The translations under genes were made by a program, and so were the position numbers. The notes under the pieces are model-generated. The model saw only the letters and a list, made by a program, of their open reading frames with translations. It searched no databases and was not told where the DNA came from. A stretch of DNA of 64,000 bases from an uncultured Verrucomicrobiae bacterium (GTDB lineage Bacteria; Verrucomicrobiota; Verrucomicrobiia; Chthoniobacterales; Chthoniobacteraceae), in contig CAWIKF010000002.1 of NCBI GenBank assembly GCA_963836755.1, positions 2,016,001 through 2,080,000 on the forward strand. The letters run 5' to 3'. The first letter of the stretch is position 1, and every line of letters starts with the position of its first letter. Shown one piece after another: positions 9,238 to 19,727 of the stretch.

Positions 9238-10395
9238 TCATTTTTCGATGTCGAACTTCAACGGGATGGGCTGAATAGCGGCCTGGATCTGCGCTTCCAA
9301 CTTCTCGATGGCCGCTTGCGCCTCCGCAACTTTTGCGGCGTCGCCGGCCTTGCTCGCGGCGCGCCAATTCTTGATGAGCTGCCCCTGCGGTCCCTGCAAT
9401 TGTCCGATGAGACGATAGATGTTTTGCCCGCGGTCTTTGAGCACTCCTTCGTTCACCGTGGTCGTGTTCCAACCCGTGGCCAGCTCCGCGGCAGTCACGG
9501 TCGCGGCCAGTTTGCCGTTGATGCTGACGCGATATTCTCCATCCGGCAGTCCGGTGACCCGCAGAAGATACTGGGAAAGCTGCAGCGTATCCGGCAGGAG
9601 TTTGAGAGCACTTGCGGAATCGGGAGGAATCGACCACGGCCCCGCTTCATCGAGGCGGGTGAAAGTCAGCTTGCCGTCCGTCGCGCTGACGTCAGTGATC
9701 TTTCACTGCCGTTGCTCCGCGACGTGGCCGTCCGCGCTGAGCGTGGCGGAGCTCACGGCACCGCGTTCACATCGAGCCCATTCAGGATCGTGGCCGCCAT
9801 CGTGTAATGGCCGACGTTGCTGACGTGGACGGTGTCTCCGCTCAGCGGTATGACCGACGGAGGAAGGACCGCCCGGGCGGGCTTCGGAGGCGGGATCACT
9901 CCGTCCGGGCCGGGCGTGGGCGCGGGAAGAACGCGCGGCTCCAGTCGCCCATCATGCTGCCATGGTCCATCGGGCTGGAGGAGATGAGCACGGGCAGAGC
10001 CGGATAGCGCGGATTTTGGCCACGAGTTCCTTCATGCCTTTCAGATAAACCTCCACCGAGCCGTCCACATCGTTCATCCCGAGTTCTACGGAGACGATCG
10101 TAGGCTTCCACGCGGCAACGTCGTAGTCGAATCGCCTCAGCACGTTGCCGACCCGGTTGCCGGGAACGCCGGAGTCACGGAAATGGAGATGCAATTCGGG
10201 AGGCCGGACGCGGTAAAATTCCTCGATGAAATTGGTGTGCTTGCACTGCGTCGTGATGCTGTCGCCAGCCATCACCCAGACATCGTTCTCCTTGAGATGA
10301 ATCTTCGGCTCCTCCGCGCGCGCCGGGCCGGAAGGGAGTGCGCAGGCAAGCAGGCCAGCAACGAGGAGCGAGGAAAGCGGCTTGATACGATCCAT
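9238..10395 (-). pseudogene. Disrupted secreted SGNH/GDSL hydrolase
   Basis: GDSIT and GMND blocks in 9952..10395 ORF, GDTVH block near 9826-9840, C-terminal domain to 9238; frameshifts near 10000 and 9760, in-frame TGA near 9704. Confidence 0.82.
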
Positions 10396-10573
10396 CTAAC
10401 TTTCACGATTGCAGTCCTATGCCTTCGGCGGCGTCGGCGCAGGAGTGGCGGGATGCGGTTGCAGCTGGACCTGCGGGTTGCGGGACGTTTCCACGGGAGC
10501 CGTCCATGCGGACTGCCCGGCGGGGCTGGATGAGGCAATTTCTTTCTTTTCTTTCCTCGTTACCGATCGCTCC

Positions 10574-10692
10574 CTCGTTACCAAGCTCGAGCTTGGTAAT
10601 GCACTTGTCCGCGAAGCTTTGCTTCGTCATGCCCGCGGAAAGCCGGAGATTCCAAGAGCACCGGCGTTACCAAGCTGGAGCTTGGTGACGAG
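10574..10692. repeat. REP/REPIN-like palindromic element
   Basis: Two 29-nt inverted units (26/29 identical), each internally palindromic (ACCAAGCT..AGCTTGGT). Confidence 0.75.
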
Positions 10693-10745
10693 GAGATAAG
10701 GAAATTGTCCGCCGTGTCCAACGGCGCTGCCGGCCTCTCCAGCGG

Positions 10746-10783
10746 GAAAAGCAAATCGCCGCTCCCTTTCGAGAGCGGCGATT
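10746..10783 (-). terminator. Probable intrinsic terminator of pnp
   Basis: Minus strand aatcgccgctctc-GAAA-gggagcggcgatt followed by tgctttt. Confidence 0.75.
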
Positions 10784-10800
10784 GCAAGACTTAGAACTCT

Positions 10801-13080
10801 TTAGTCGCGGAAGCGGCGGCGGTCGTCGCCACCACGGCCTCGGCCACCACCACGGTCGCCCCGGTCGCTGCGGGGCGGTCGGTCGTCGCCGCTGCGCTCG
10901 AAGCGGTCGCCTCCGCCTTCGGTGCCGTAGCCGCTGCCGGCTGCGAGGGCGGCTTCGGTGGGGCCGGCGGCTTCGTCGCGGTCTTTCATCGCAGCTTTGC
11001 GTGAAAGTTTGACGCGGCCTTTGTCGTCGATGCCGATGCATTTGACCCAGATTTGATCGCCGTTGCGGACGACGTCTTCGGTTTTATTGACGCGCAGGTC
11101 TGCGAGCTCGCTGATGTGGACGAGGCCTTCCTTGCCGGGCATGACTTCGACGAATGCGCCGAACTCTTTGGTGCTGACGACGCGGCCTTGGTAGACGGCG
11201 TCGATCTCAATTTCCTTGAACATGCCAGCGATGATTTGTTTGGCGCGGTCGAGCGCGTCGCCGCTGCTCGAGTAGATGTGGACGGCGCCGGTGTCTTCGA
11301 TATTGATCTCTGCGCCGGTCTCGGCGGTGATGCCTTTGATGGTTTTGCCGCCAGGGCCGATGAGCATGCCGATTTTATCGACAGGGATCTGGATGGTCTC
11401 AATGCGCGGGGCGTATTGGCTGAGCTCCTGGCGCGGTGCGGCGAGCGCGGCGTTCATGACGTCGAGCACTTTCATACGGGCGTCGCGGGCGCGATAGACG
11501 GCTTCGGTCATGATGCTGAGCGGGAGGCCGGGCAATTTGAGATCGAGCTGGAAGCCGGTGAGGCCGGTGTCGGTGCCGCAGAGTTTCCAGTCCATGTCGC
11601 CAAAGTGGTCTTCGCTGCCGATGATGTCGGTGAGCATGACGTAGCGTTCGAGGCGGCCGTCGTCGCTGTATTCGGTGACGAGCCCGGCGCTGATGCCTGC
11701 GACGGGTTTTTTGATCGGCACGCCTGCGTCCATCAATGCGAGGACGCCGGAGCAGACGCTGGCCATGGAGGTGGAGCCGTTGCTTTCCATGACTTCGCTG
11801 CTGACGCGGATGGCGTAGGGGAATTTATCCTCGGGCGGGATGACTGCGAGGATGCTCCGCTCGGCGAGTGCGCCGTGGCCGATCTCGCGGCGGTTCAGGC
11901 CGCCGGTGCGTCCGGTTTCGCCGACGCTGAACGGCGGGAAGTTATAGTGTAGGATGAAGCGCTTTTCGCGCTCGCCGCCGGTGTAGGCGTCGAGCATTTG
12001 GCCTTCATCGGCGGGCGCGAGCGTCGCGAGAGCGACTGCCTGCGTCTCGCCGCGCTGGAAAAGCGCGGAGCCGTGGGAGCGCGGGAGGATGCCGACCTCG
12101 GCACTGAGCTGCCGGATATCGTCGGTGCCGCGGCCGTCGCAGCGGGTCTTGCGGTCGAGGATGGAAATGCGGAAGGCTTTCTTCTGCAGGTAGTCGAACG
12201 CGGAGGAAATCTCGAAGCCGGTGGCTTCGGGGAATTTCGCGAGGATCGCCGCTTTCACTTCGGTCTTCAAGGCGTCCACGGCTTTGTGCCGCGCGGATTT
12301 TCCGGTGGTGTAAAGTGCGGCTTCGATGCGGTCGCCGGCGACTTGATACGCGACTTCGAGCAGCTCGTCTTTGACGACGAAGAGCGGCGGCGTGCGCTTG
12401 GCTTTATTGACGCGCTGCGCGAGTTCTTTTTGTGCGGCGACCATCGTTTTCGCGTGGCCGTGGGCAAAGTCGAGCGCTTTGACAAACTCGTCTTCCGGCA
12501 GCTCGAGCGCGCTGCCTTCGATCATGATCACGTCGTTCTCCGTGCCGACGTAGACAAGGTCGAGGTCGCTGTCAGCCATCTGCGCGTGCGTCGGGTTGGC
12601 GACAAATTCGCCGCCGATGCGTCCGACGCGCACCGCGCCGATCGGTCCGGCGAACGGGATGTCGCTGACCATGAGCGCGGCGCTCGCGCCATTGATGAAG
12701 AGGATGTCGGGATCGTTCTCGCCGTCGGCGCTCAGGAGCACGCCCATGATTTGCGTGTCGTAAAGGTAGCCTTTCGGGAACAGCGGGCGCAGCGGACGGT
12801 CAGTCATGCGCGCGGTGAGGATTTCCTTTTCGCTCGGTCGGCCTTCGCGCTTGAAGTAGCCGCCGGGGATTTTGCCGACAGCGGCCGCTTTCTCGCGGTA
12901 GTCGACGGTGAGCGGGAACCAGTCCTGCCCTTCCTTGGTGGTCGTCGCGGAAACCGCGGAGACGAGGATGATGGTGTCGCCGCAGCGGACTGTGACGGCG
13001 CCGTCGGCGAGCTTCGCGAGCTTGCCGGTTTCGATGATGATTTCAGTGGAGCCGATCTGGCTCGTTACGTTGTGTTGCAT
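10801..13080 (-). CDS. pnp: Polyribonucleotide nucleotidyltransferase
   Basis: Two RNase PH domains ([16 protein letters not shown]), KH and S1 domains, RG-rich tail. Confidence 0.98.
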   Translation of the reverse strand: MQHNVTSQIGSTEIIIETGKLAKLADGAVTVRCGDTIILVSAVSATTTKEGQDWFPLTVDYREKAAAVGKIPGGYFKREGRPSEKEILTARMTDRPLRPLFPKGYLYDTQIMGVLLSADGENDPDILFINGASAALMVSDIPFAGPIGAVRVGRIGGEFVANPTHAQMADSDLDLVYVGTENDVIMIEGSALELPEDEFVKALDFAHGHAKTMVAAQKELAQRVNKAKRTPPLFVVKDELLEVAYQVAGDRIEAALYTTGKSARHKAVDALKTEVKAAILAKFPEATGFEISSAFDYLQKKAFRISILDRKTRCDGRGTDDIRQLSAEVGILPRSHGSALFQRGETQAVALATLAPADEGQMLDAYTGGEREKRFILHYNFPPFSVGETGRTGGLNRREIGHGALAERSILAVIPPEDKFPYAIRVSSEVMESNGSTSMASVCSGVLALMDAGVPIKKPVAGISAGLVTEYSDDGRLERYVMLTDIIGSEDHFGDMDWKLCGTDTGLTGFQLDLKLPGLPLSIMTEAVYRARDARMKVLDVMNAALAAPRQELSQYAPRIETIQIPVDKIGMLIGPGGKTIKGITAETGAEINIEDTGAVHIYSSSGDALDRAKQIIAGMFKEIEIDAVYQGRVVSTKEFGAFVEVMPGKEGLVHISELADLRVNKTEDVVRNGDQIWVKCIGIDDKGRVKLSRKAAMKDRDEAAGPTEAALAAGSGYGTEGGGDRFERSGDDRPPRSDRGDRGGGRGRGGDDRRRFRD

Positions 13081-13098
13081 TTTATTTAGCTAATGCGA

Positions 13099-13205
13099 CA
13101 CCCGCGGTGAAATTAAGAGTTATGAATTAGGAATGAAAAAGTCTGCGCACGCGGCAGGCTTCTTGATTCGTAATTCTTAACTTTTAATTATGATGCCGCG
13201 GGGTG
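13099..13205. repeat. Long hairpin with heptamer-periodic arms in the rpsO-pnp intergenic region
   Basis: 13111-13140 matches the reverse complement of 13160-13189 at 25/30; closed by a cacccgcgg/ccgcggggtg stem. Confidence 0.75.
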
Positions 13206-13293
13206 CCGGCTTTGTTTTTGGTTTTGCCGCAACGGCGGAATTGCCGCGCGGCGGGTTGAATGACCCCGGAAACCTCCGGGGCCAAAATCCGTG

Positions 13294-13554
13294 TTACCTG
13301 CGCAGGTTGAGCTTCTCGAGCACCGACTTGTAGCGGTCGGCAGCGGTGCTCTTGAGATAGTCGAGAAGCGTGCGGCGCTTGGCCACCATCATCAGCAGAC
13401 CGCGGCGCGAGCTATGGTCTTTCGAGTGGGATTTGAGGTGGTCGGTGAGTTGATTGATGCGTTGCGTCAAAAGGGCGACTTGCACGTCGGCGCTGCCGGT
13501 GTCTTTCTCGTGCATTTGGAACCCTTGTAGGTCTTTGATCTCTGCGATTGCCAT
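13294..13554 (-). CDS. rpsO: 30S ribosomal protein S15
   Basis: [13 protein letters not shown]...[10 protein letters not shown]; classic rpsO-pnp order. Confidence 0.97.
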   Translation of the reverse strand: MAIAEIKDLQGFQMHEKDTGSADVQVALLTQRINQLTDHLKSHSKDHSSRRGLLMMVAKRRTLLDYLKSTAADRYKSVLEKLNLRR

Positions 13555-13656
13555 AAATTGAGCACGCACTATTGGCGAGCCTGGCGGGCTTGGCAAGCAG
13601 TAGTTTCAAAAGCGGCGCGGACCTTTCCTCCATACGATGAAGCAGCCGCCGGCTGA

Positions 13657-13672
13657 TGGCATCAGACGTGCT
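13657..13672 (+). promoter_or_regulatory. Sigma54-type -24/-12 promoter of pilC
   Basis: TGGCATCAGACGTGCT (GG-N10-GC), ending 15 nt before ATG 13688. Confidence 0.65.
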
Positions 13673-13687
13673 ATCCAGATGACTGCC

Positions 13688-14905
13688 ATGCTCTCTTTCG
13701 CCTATCAAGCCCGTGACTCTGCCGGAAAAACCATCGCCGGCGTGCAGGATGCGATCAACGAAGACAACGCCATCAATACTTTGATGACGCGCGGCCTGAT
13801 GGTGCTCTCCATCCAGCAAAAAGCAGCCGCCCGCGCCACGCGCCGCATGGGCAGCGTCAGCGAGACGGACATTGTTTTGTTCACGCGCCAGCTCGCCACG
13901 ATGATTGATGCGGGTTTGCCGTTGGTCACCGCGATGACCGCGCTTTACGAGCAGTGCGATCCGAAAAAACAGGCCGGCCTCAAGCGCGTCATCGGCGATC
14001 TCAGCGCCCGCGTCCAAGGCGGCGATTCCTTTCACGACGCGATCTACAAGCATCCGAAAGTTTTCAGCCGCCTCTACACGAGCATGGTGAAAGCGGGTGA
14101 AACCGGCGGTATGATCGCGGAAATTCTCGACCGGCTCGCCGGCTTTCTCGAGGCAGCCGCGCGGCTGAAAAAGAAAGTGAAATCCGCGATGACGTATCCT
14201 GTCATCGTCGTCTGCATTGCGCTGGCGATCACCACCTTTTTGATCGTGCGCGTCGTCCCGGTTTTCGGCCAGATCTTTGGCGACTTCGGAGCAAAGTTGC
14301 CAGCGCCCACGCAATTCCTCATCGACATCAGCGACTTCATCCGCGGCAACTGGTATTACCTCGTCGTCGTCATCGGCGGAACGATTTTTGGCCTGCGCTA
14401 TTACGTCAGCACGAAGCAAGGCCGAGAAATTTGGGACCGCTGGAAATTGAAGCTGCCAGTCTTCGGCCCACTCGTTTTGAAGATCTGCATGACCCGCTTT
14501 GCGCGCACGTTTGCGCAGCTCATCCGCTCAGGCGTGCCGATTTTGGAAGTCATGGAAATCGTCGGCCAAACCTCCGGCAACACCGTCATCGAGCGAGCCA
14601 TCAAAAACGTGGCCGGCGATGTAGAAAAAGGCGATCAGCTCACCGCGGCAATGACGAAGGAGCCGATCTTTCCGCCGATGCTGCTGCGCATGATCGCCGC
14701 CGGCGAAGCGACCGGCAAGATTGACACGATGCTCGAAAAGATGTCCGACTTTTGGGATGAGGAAATCGAGGCACTGCTCGACGCGCTGACTTCCCTCATC
14801 GAACCTTTGCTCATCGTCGTCCTCGGCGTGATCGTTGGCGGCATCGTCATCGCGATGTTCCTGCCGATCTTCAAGCTCAACGATATTGTGTCAGGGAGCA
14901 AATAA
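13688..14905 (+). CDS. pilC: Type IV pilus / T2SS inner membrane platform protein (PilC/GspF)
   Basis: FTRQLATMIDAGLPL, AGETGG, SAMTYP, AMFLPIF motifs. Confidence 0.93.
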   Translation: MLSFAYQARDSAGKTIAGVQDAINEDNAINTLMTRGLMVLSIQQKAAARATRRMGSVSETDIVLFTRQLATMIDAGLPLVTAMTALYEQCDPKKQAGLKRVIGDLSARVQGGDSFHDAIYKHPKVFSRLYTSMVKAGETGGMIAEILDRLAGFLEAAARLKKKVKSAMTYPVIVVCIALAITTFLIVRVVPVFGQIFGDFGAKLPAPTQFLIDISDFIRGNWYYLVVVIGGTIFGLRYYVSTKQGREIWDRWKLKLPVFGPLVLKICMTRFARTFAQLIRSGVPILEVMEIVGQTSGNTVIERAIKNVAGDVEKGDQLTAAMTKEPIFPPMLLRMIAAGEATGKIDTMLEKMSDFWDEEIEALLDALTSLIEPLLIVVLGVIVGGIVIAMFLPIFKLNDIVSGSK

Positions 14906-15434
14906 GCACGACCGCGCCATAAGCGAGCCCGAGCGCCGACGCCGCCTTCCACCGCGTCTCGGTTTTCTCCAGCCACAAAATTTGGTCTCGCATCCAATAC
15001 GGAACGGCTACGTAAAAAAGTCCGAGCACGATCCAGACGTAAGCGAGCACCACGACGAAAAGCCGGCTCTCCTCCGGGCGTAAAAACGCCGCCTCCAGCA
15101 ACGGCTCCGCCGCAAGCAGCAGCAGCATCCCGAGTGCGCGCACCGCGAGAAATTCGTCCACGTATTTTAAAGTCAGCAACGCCGCGATCGGGATCAGCAC
15201 CAGCATGATCGTGCGGAAATTGCTGAACTCGCCCAAGTCCATATTTGCGACCATCACAAAGGCCCAGATCGCATCGATCGCGACCAACGCAAGTCCCGCC
15301 GCTTTCGCCCGCGGAAAAGCGCGCGCCCAGCTCCGCGCGGTGCGGCTGTGCAAAATCGCAATCCCGTGCAGCACGATGAGCATCGTGCCGACGACGAGGC
15401 CCGCCGCGCGCAAATCGACCAACGAATAAATCAT
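14877..15434 (-). CDS. Hypothetical membrane protein
   Basis: About 6 hydrophobic segments; overlaps the 3' end of pilC. Confidence 0.7.
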   Translation of the reverse strand: MIYSLVDLRAAGLVVGTMLIVLHGIAILHSRTARSWARAFPRAKAAGLALVAIDAIWAFVMVANMDLGEFSNFRTIMLVLIPIAALLTLKYVDEFLAVRALGMLLLLAAEPLLEAAFLRPEESRLFVVVLAYVWIVLGLFYVAVPYWMRDQILWLEKTETRWKAASALGLAYGAVVLICSLTQYR

Positions 15435-15477
15435 GGAGAGCGCAGTTTATGCAGCGCAGCAAGCTTGCCAAGCGCGT

Positions 15478-16839
15478 TCAATTCAAAACCGCTGCGTCGC
15501 CATAGAGCGTGAAACCGTTCGCGCGAATAACTTTGACGTCAAACACCTTGCCGATGTGGCGTTCGCTTCCGTCGAAAATCACAATTTTGTTCGTGCGCGT
15601 CCTGCCCATCAATCTGCTGGCGTTCGTTTTACTCGGGCCTTCGCATAAAATTTCCGCGCGCGTTCCAATGAGCGCCTCGTTTTTTTTCTTCGCGCTCTCG
15701 TCAATCACCGCGAGCAAATCCTGGTTGCGCGCCTCTTTTACGCTCTCGTCGAGCTGCCCCGGCAAAGCTGCAGCGGGCGTGTCGCGACGTTGCGAGTAGC
15801 GAAAAATGAATGCGTTGTCGAACTCGACACGCTCCACAAATTTGCGCGTCGCCGCGTAGTCTTCATCGGTCTCGCCGGGGAAGCCGACGATCACATCCGT
15901 CGTGATCGCGATGCCCGGTCGCGCCGCACGAATTTTTTCGACGAGCGCGAAATATTTCTCCGCCGTGTAAGTCCGGTGCATTGCTTTCAAAATGCGGTTC
16001 GAGCCCGATTGCAGCGGCAGATGCACATGCTCGACGAGCTTCGGCAGATAGGTGAATGCCGCGATCAAGTCGTCGCGATACCCGATCGGGTGCGGCGATG
16101 TGAATCGCAGCCTCGCCAGCCCTTTCACCTCATGCACCGCCTCGAGTAATTGCACGAATGGGCTTTTGCCGCCGCGCACCGGAAATTCGTGTCTGCCGTA
16201 AAGATTCACGATCTGGCCGAGCAGCGTCACCTCGCGCACGCCGCGCGCCACCAGCCCGCGCACCTCCGTCACGACCTCCTCGATGCGCCGCGAGCGCTCG
16301 GCGCCGCGTGTAAACGGAACGATGCAAAATGTGCAATGCATGTTACACCCTTGCATGATCGAAACAAACGCCGTCGCTTGTTTATCAGTCAGCAGATGGT
16401 CCCGAATCGTCTCCTGCGAATCCGCCTCATTGTCAATGTCCACAATCGAAAACCGCGGATCATCAAATCGCATGTGCCGTTTTTTCTCCAAAATCTCCGC
16501 GACGTAATCCGCCACTCGATGGAACTTTTGCGTGCCGACGACGAGATCGACGTGCGGCACGTCGCGCACCAGCTCCGCTCCCCTGCTCTGCGCCATGCAG
16601 CCGAGAAATCCGAAAACCAGCTCCGGCCTTTGTTTGCGCAGGTTCGCGAGCATTCCCATCTTCCCGAGCGCCTTTTGCTCCGCCATATCGCGCACACTGC
16701 AGGTGTTCAACAAGATGACATCAGCCTGCCGCTCATCGCGCGTCAGCTCAAAGCCGCGCGCGAGCAGCGATTGCGCGACTTGCTCGGAGTCGCGCTCGTT
16801 CATCTGGCAGCCATATGTCTTGATGAAAACCTTCGGCAT
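15478..16839 (-). CDS. miaB: tRNA methylthiotransferase MiaB
   Basis: TYGCQMNERDSE, NTCSVR, CNMHCTFC, TRAM domain. Confidence 0.96.
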   Translation of the reverse strand: MPKVFIKTYGCQMNERDSEQVAQSLLARGFELTRDERQADVILLNTCSVRDMAEQKALGKMGMLANLRKQRPELVFGFLGCMAQSRGAELVRDVPHVDLVVGTQKFHRVADYVAEILEKKRHMRFDDPRFSIVDIDNEADSQETIRDHLLTDKQATAFVSIMQGCNMHCTFCIVPFTRGAERSRRIEEVVTEVRGLVARGVREVTLLGQIVNLYGRHEFPVRGGKSPFVQLLEAVHEVKGLARLRFTSPHPIGYRDDLIAAFTYLPKLVEHVHLPLQSGSNRILKAMHRTYTAEKYFALVEKIRAARPGIAITTDVIVGFPGETDEDYAATRKFVERVEFDNAFIFRYSQRRDTPAAALPGQLDESVKEARNQDLLAVIDESAKKKNEALIGTRAEILCEGPSKTNASRLMGRTRTNKIVIFDGSERHIGKVFDVKVIRANGFTLYGDAAVLN

Positions 16840-16903
16840 CGCGCGCGAAGCTACTCCATTCCCGCGCCGAGTCGAAATGAAACTGCCGATCCGACCGCTC
16901 TTA

Positions 16904-17284
16904 TTAATGGAGGAAAAATCCGCCGACTTTGCCGTCCTTCATGCTCAGCGTCGCGAGCACGTCATCGCCGCCGTCCTTGAAAACCAGCCGCCACAAATAA
17001 ACCTCGTAGCCGTGCTGCCGCAATTCCCCGAGATACTGCGCGTCGTATCCCTTTTTCGCGTGCGGCGCGATCTGCTCACTCACGCCCGCGAGCATCGGCT
17101 TCGTCAGCGCCGCCTTCATCTGCGCGTCGCAATCGGCCAAAAATCCTTCGTAATCATCGGACACCGTCGCCGCGATTAGATTTTTGAAAATTGTCTGCGT
17201 TGCCTGCGCGGGTTCGCCGATGACGGAGCCGCACATCAAAAGGAAAGCTGCCGCGCCGACGATGAGTTTTACGTGAATTTTCAT
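16904..17284 (-). CDS. Small secreted hypothetical protein
   Basis: Signal peptide MKIHVKLIVG..., compact alpha/beta domain. Confidence 0.65.
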   Translation of the reverse strand: MKIHVKLIVGAAAFLLMCGSVIGEPAQATQTIFKNLIAATVSDDYEGFLADCDAQMKAALTKPMLAGVSEQIAPHAKKGYDAQYLGELRQHGYEVYLWRLVFKDGGDDVLATLSMKDGKVGGFFLH

Positions 17285-17393
17285 GACGAGTGGATGTAAA
17301 CTTTGACGCGAGGCTATCTCTCCCATGCGCCGAAGCAAGCCGCGCCGCTGTCACTCTTTTCTTATGCGGCGGACATGCTAGGTTTTTCGCCTC

Positions 17394-18722
17394 ATGAAAA
17401 AGCGTCTCTTCTTTTCCGCGCTGGCTCTGGCGGGAATCTTCACTTTCCTCACCGGCCGCGCCTTCGAAGCGATGGCCGATAGTTCCGACAGCGACGATTC
17501 CGCGTTCACGAATATTTCCATCTTCACGCGCGCGCTCCAGTTCATCCGGCAGGACTATGTCGACGAGAAAAAAATCAGCTACCACGCGCTGACTTACGCC
17601 GCGATGAAAGGCATGCTGAACTCGCTCGATCCGCACAGCCAGTTCATGGACGTCGATGATTTCAAAGGGATGCAGGACGACACCAAGAGCCAGTTCGGCG
17701 GCCTCGGCGTCATTGTTTCGCAAAAGGACGGCAACCTCGTCATCGTCTCGCCGATGGAGGATACGCCTGGCTTCAAGGCGGGCCTCATGCCGGACGATCA
17801 GATTTTGAAAATTAACGGCGCGCCGACGGAGAAAATGGAGCTGAACGACGCGATTGCGAAGCTGCGCGGTCAGCCCGGCGAAAAAGTGACGCTCACGATT
17901 TTGCGGCCCGCGACGAAGGAGATCAAAGATTTCACGCTCGAGCGCGAGATCATCAAAGTCGCGAGCGTGAAGGATGCGAAAATCCTGAATGGCGACCAGA
18001 CGGGCAATTTCAAGATCGGCTACGTTCGTATCACACAGTTTAACGAACCGACAGCCGCCGATCTCGGCAAAAAACTCGATGAACTCGAAGCGAAAGGCAT
18101 GCAGGCGCTCGTGCTTGACCTGCGCTACAACCCCGGCGGCCTGCTAAACAGCGCCGTCGATGTCTGCGGCCAATTCCTGCCGCCACACACGCTCGTCGTT
18201 TCTACGGAGGGCCGTCCCGATTCGCAAAAGCATCTCTACGCGACTTCGGACACCGCAAAATCGCGCCCGCCCTACCCGATCGCGGTGCTCATTAATGGCG
18301 GCAGCGCCAGCGGCGCGGAAATCGTCGCCGGTGCGCTCAAGGACTTGAACCGCGCGATCCTTGTCGGCGAAACCACCTTTGGAAAAGGTTCCGTGCAAAG
18401 CGTCATCGCGCTGCCCGACGGCTCAGCGCTCCGTTTGACAACCGCAAAATATTACACGCCGAGCCATCAGGTGATTCACGAGCACGGCGTGGCGCCAAAC
18501 ATTGCCGCCACGCTCACGCCCGAACAGGAGCGCGAGCTGCTTGTCGCCCGCCGCGACGATGTGCCAAGTGATGAAGACAAACGCGAGCTAGCGAACTTTC
18601 ACGATCCGCAACTCGAACGTGCAGTTGATGCGCTCAAAGGCGCGATGATCTACGCCGAAAGAATTGCGCCGGCTGGAAGTGTGAAAACCGTAAAAAAAGA
18701 AACTCCGGCGGGTAAAAGTTGA
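17394..18722 (+). CDS. ctpA: S41 family C-terminal processing peptidase
   Basis: LDPHS, PDZ domain, DLRYNPGG, SASGAEI, TFGKGSVQ. Confidence 0.93.
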   Translation: MKKRLFFSALALAGIFTFLTGRAFEAMADSSDSDDSAFTNISIFTRALQFIRQDYVDEKKISYHALTYAAMKGMLNSLDPHSQFMDVDDFKGMQDDTKSQFGGLGVIVSQKDGNLVIVSPMEDTPGFKAGLMPDDQILKINGAPTEKMELNDAIAKLRGQPGEKVTLTILRPATKEIKDFTLEREIIKVASVKDAKILNGDQTGNFKIGYVRITQFNEPTAADLGKKLDELEAKGMQALVLDLRYNPGGLLNSAVDVCGQFLPPHTLVVSTEGRPDSQKHLYATSDTAKSRPPYPIAVLINGGSASGAEIVAGALKDLNRAILVGETTFGKGSVQSVIALPDGSALRLTTAKYYTPSHQVIHEHGVAPNIAATLTPEQERELLVARRDDVPSDEDKRELANFHDPQLERAVDALKGAMIYAERIAPAGSVKTVKKETPAGKS

Positions 18723-19726
18723 TCCCATTAAACGGCCGCGAGTGCGTGCTCGCGCTGGAAACTTCCTGCGACGAAACCGCGGTCGCGATTCTGCGCGGCG
18801 AAGGCGACTTGCTCGCGAGCGAAGTTGCCTCGCAAGTGGCGCTGCATCAGGCTTTCGGCGGCGTCGTGCCGGAAGTCGCATCGCGAAATCATCTCACGCA
18901 GCTCCGGCCGTTGCTCGATCTCGCACTGAAGCACGCGCAGATTTCCTTGCACGAAATCTCGGCCTTCGCCGCAACAGCCGGGCCCGGCCTTGCCACTTCG
19001 TTGATGATCGGCGCATCCGCCGCCAAAGGCCTCGCGCTCGCATCGGGCAAACCTTTCCTCGCCGTCAACCACCTCGAGGGACATTTGCTCTCGCCTTTTT
19101 TCGGCGGGCAAATTGAGCCGTGCATCGCGCTCGTCGTTAGCGGCGGACACACGCTGCTCGTTGCCGTCGAGAGCTTTGGCGCTTACAAATTGCTCGGCCA
19201 AACACGCGATGACGCGGCTGGCGAGGCGTTCGATAAAGTCGCAAAACTTTTGCAGTTGCCGTATCCAGGCGGGCCGGAAATCGATCTTCGCGCACGATCC
19301 GGTGATGCAACGCGGTTCGACTTTCCGCGCAGCATGCTGCATTCGGGCGATTTCAATTTTTCGTTCAGCGGCCTCAAAACTTCCGTCCGATACCTGCTGC
19401 CGAAGCTGTCCGGCAACTTTTTAAACGACGTTTGCGCCTCGTTTCAGGAAGCAGTCGTAGATGTGCTCGTGGCGAAAACAGTCGCCGCCGCTAAAGCGAG
19501 CGCATCGCGAACGATCGCAGTGAGCGGCGGCGTGAGCCGCAACTCTCGACTGCGGCAAAAGTTTCGCGAGGCGTGCGATCAAAATGGATTCGCCTTGCGC
19601 CTGGCCGAGCCAAAACTTTGCGTCGATAACGCAGCGATGATCGCTTTTGCCGCCGCGCAAAAATTCAAGCGCGGCGAGTTTTCGTCAGTCACCGCCGACA
19701 TCGATCCGAATCTCCGCCTCGCTTGA
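18719..19726 (+). CDS. tsaD: tRNA N6-threonylcarbamoyltransferase subunit TsaD
   Basis: LETSCDET, GGVVPEVASR, NHLEGH, DDAAGEAFDK, DNAAMI. Confidence 0.96.
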   Translation: MIPLNGRECVLALETSCDETAVAILRGEGDLLASEVASQVALHQAFGGVVPEVASRNHLTQLRPLLDLALKHAQISLHEISAFAATAGPGLATSLMIGASAAKGLALASGKPFLAVNHLEGHLLSPFFGGQIEPCIALVVSGGHTLLVAVESFGAYKLLGQTRDDAAGEAFDKVAKLLQLPYPGGPEIDLRARSGDATRFDFPRSMLHSGDFNFSFSGLKTSVRYLLPKLSGNFLNDVCASFQEAVVDVLVAKTVAAAKASASRTIAVSGGVSRNSRLRQKFREACDQNGFALRLAEPKLCVDNAAMIAFAAAQKFKRGEFSSVTADIDPNLRLA

Positions 19727-19727
19727 A

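Noticed and set aside
10556..10692. Palindromic units as a CRISPR mini-array
   Set aside because: Only two units, in inverted rather than direct orientation; no cas genes
13264..13281. ccccgga/tccgggg hairpin as rpsO terminator
   Set aside because: No U-tract on the coding strand; could be a stability or pause hairpin
15455..15470. TGGCAAGCTTGCTGC (minus strand) as another sigma54 site
   Set aside because: Equally explained by an overlapping sigma70 promoter, TTGGCA-N16-TAAACT; left unassigned
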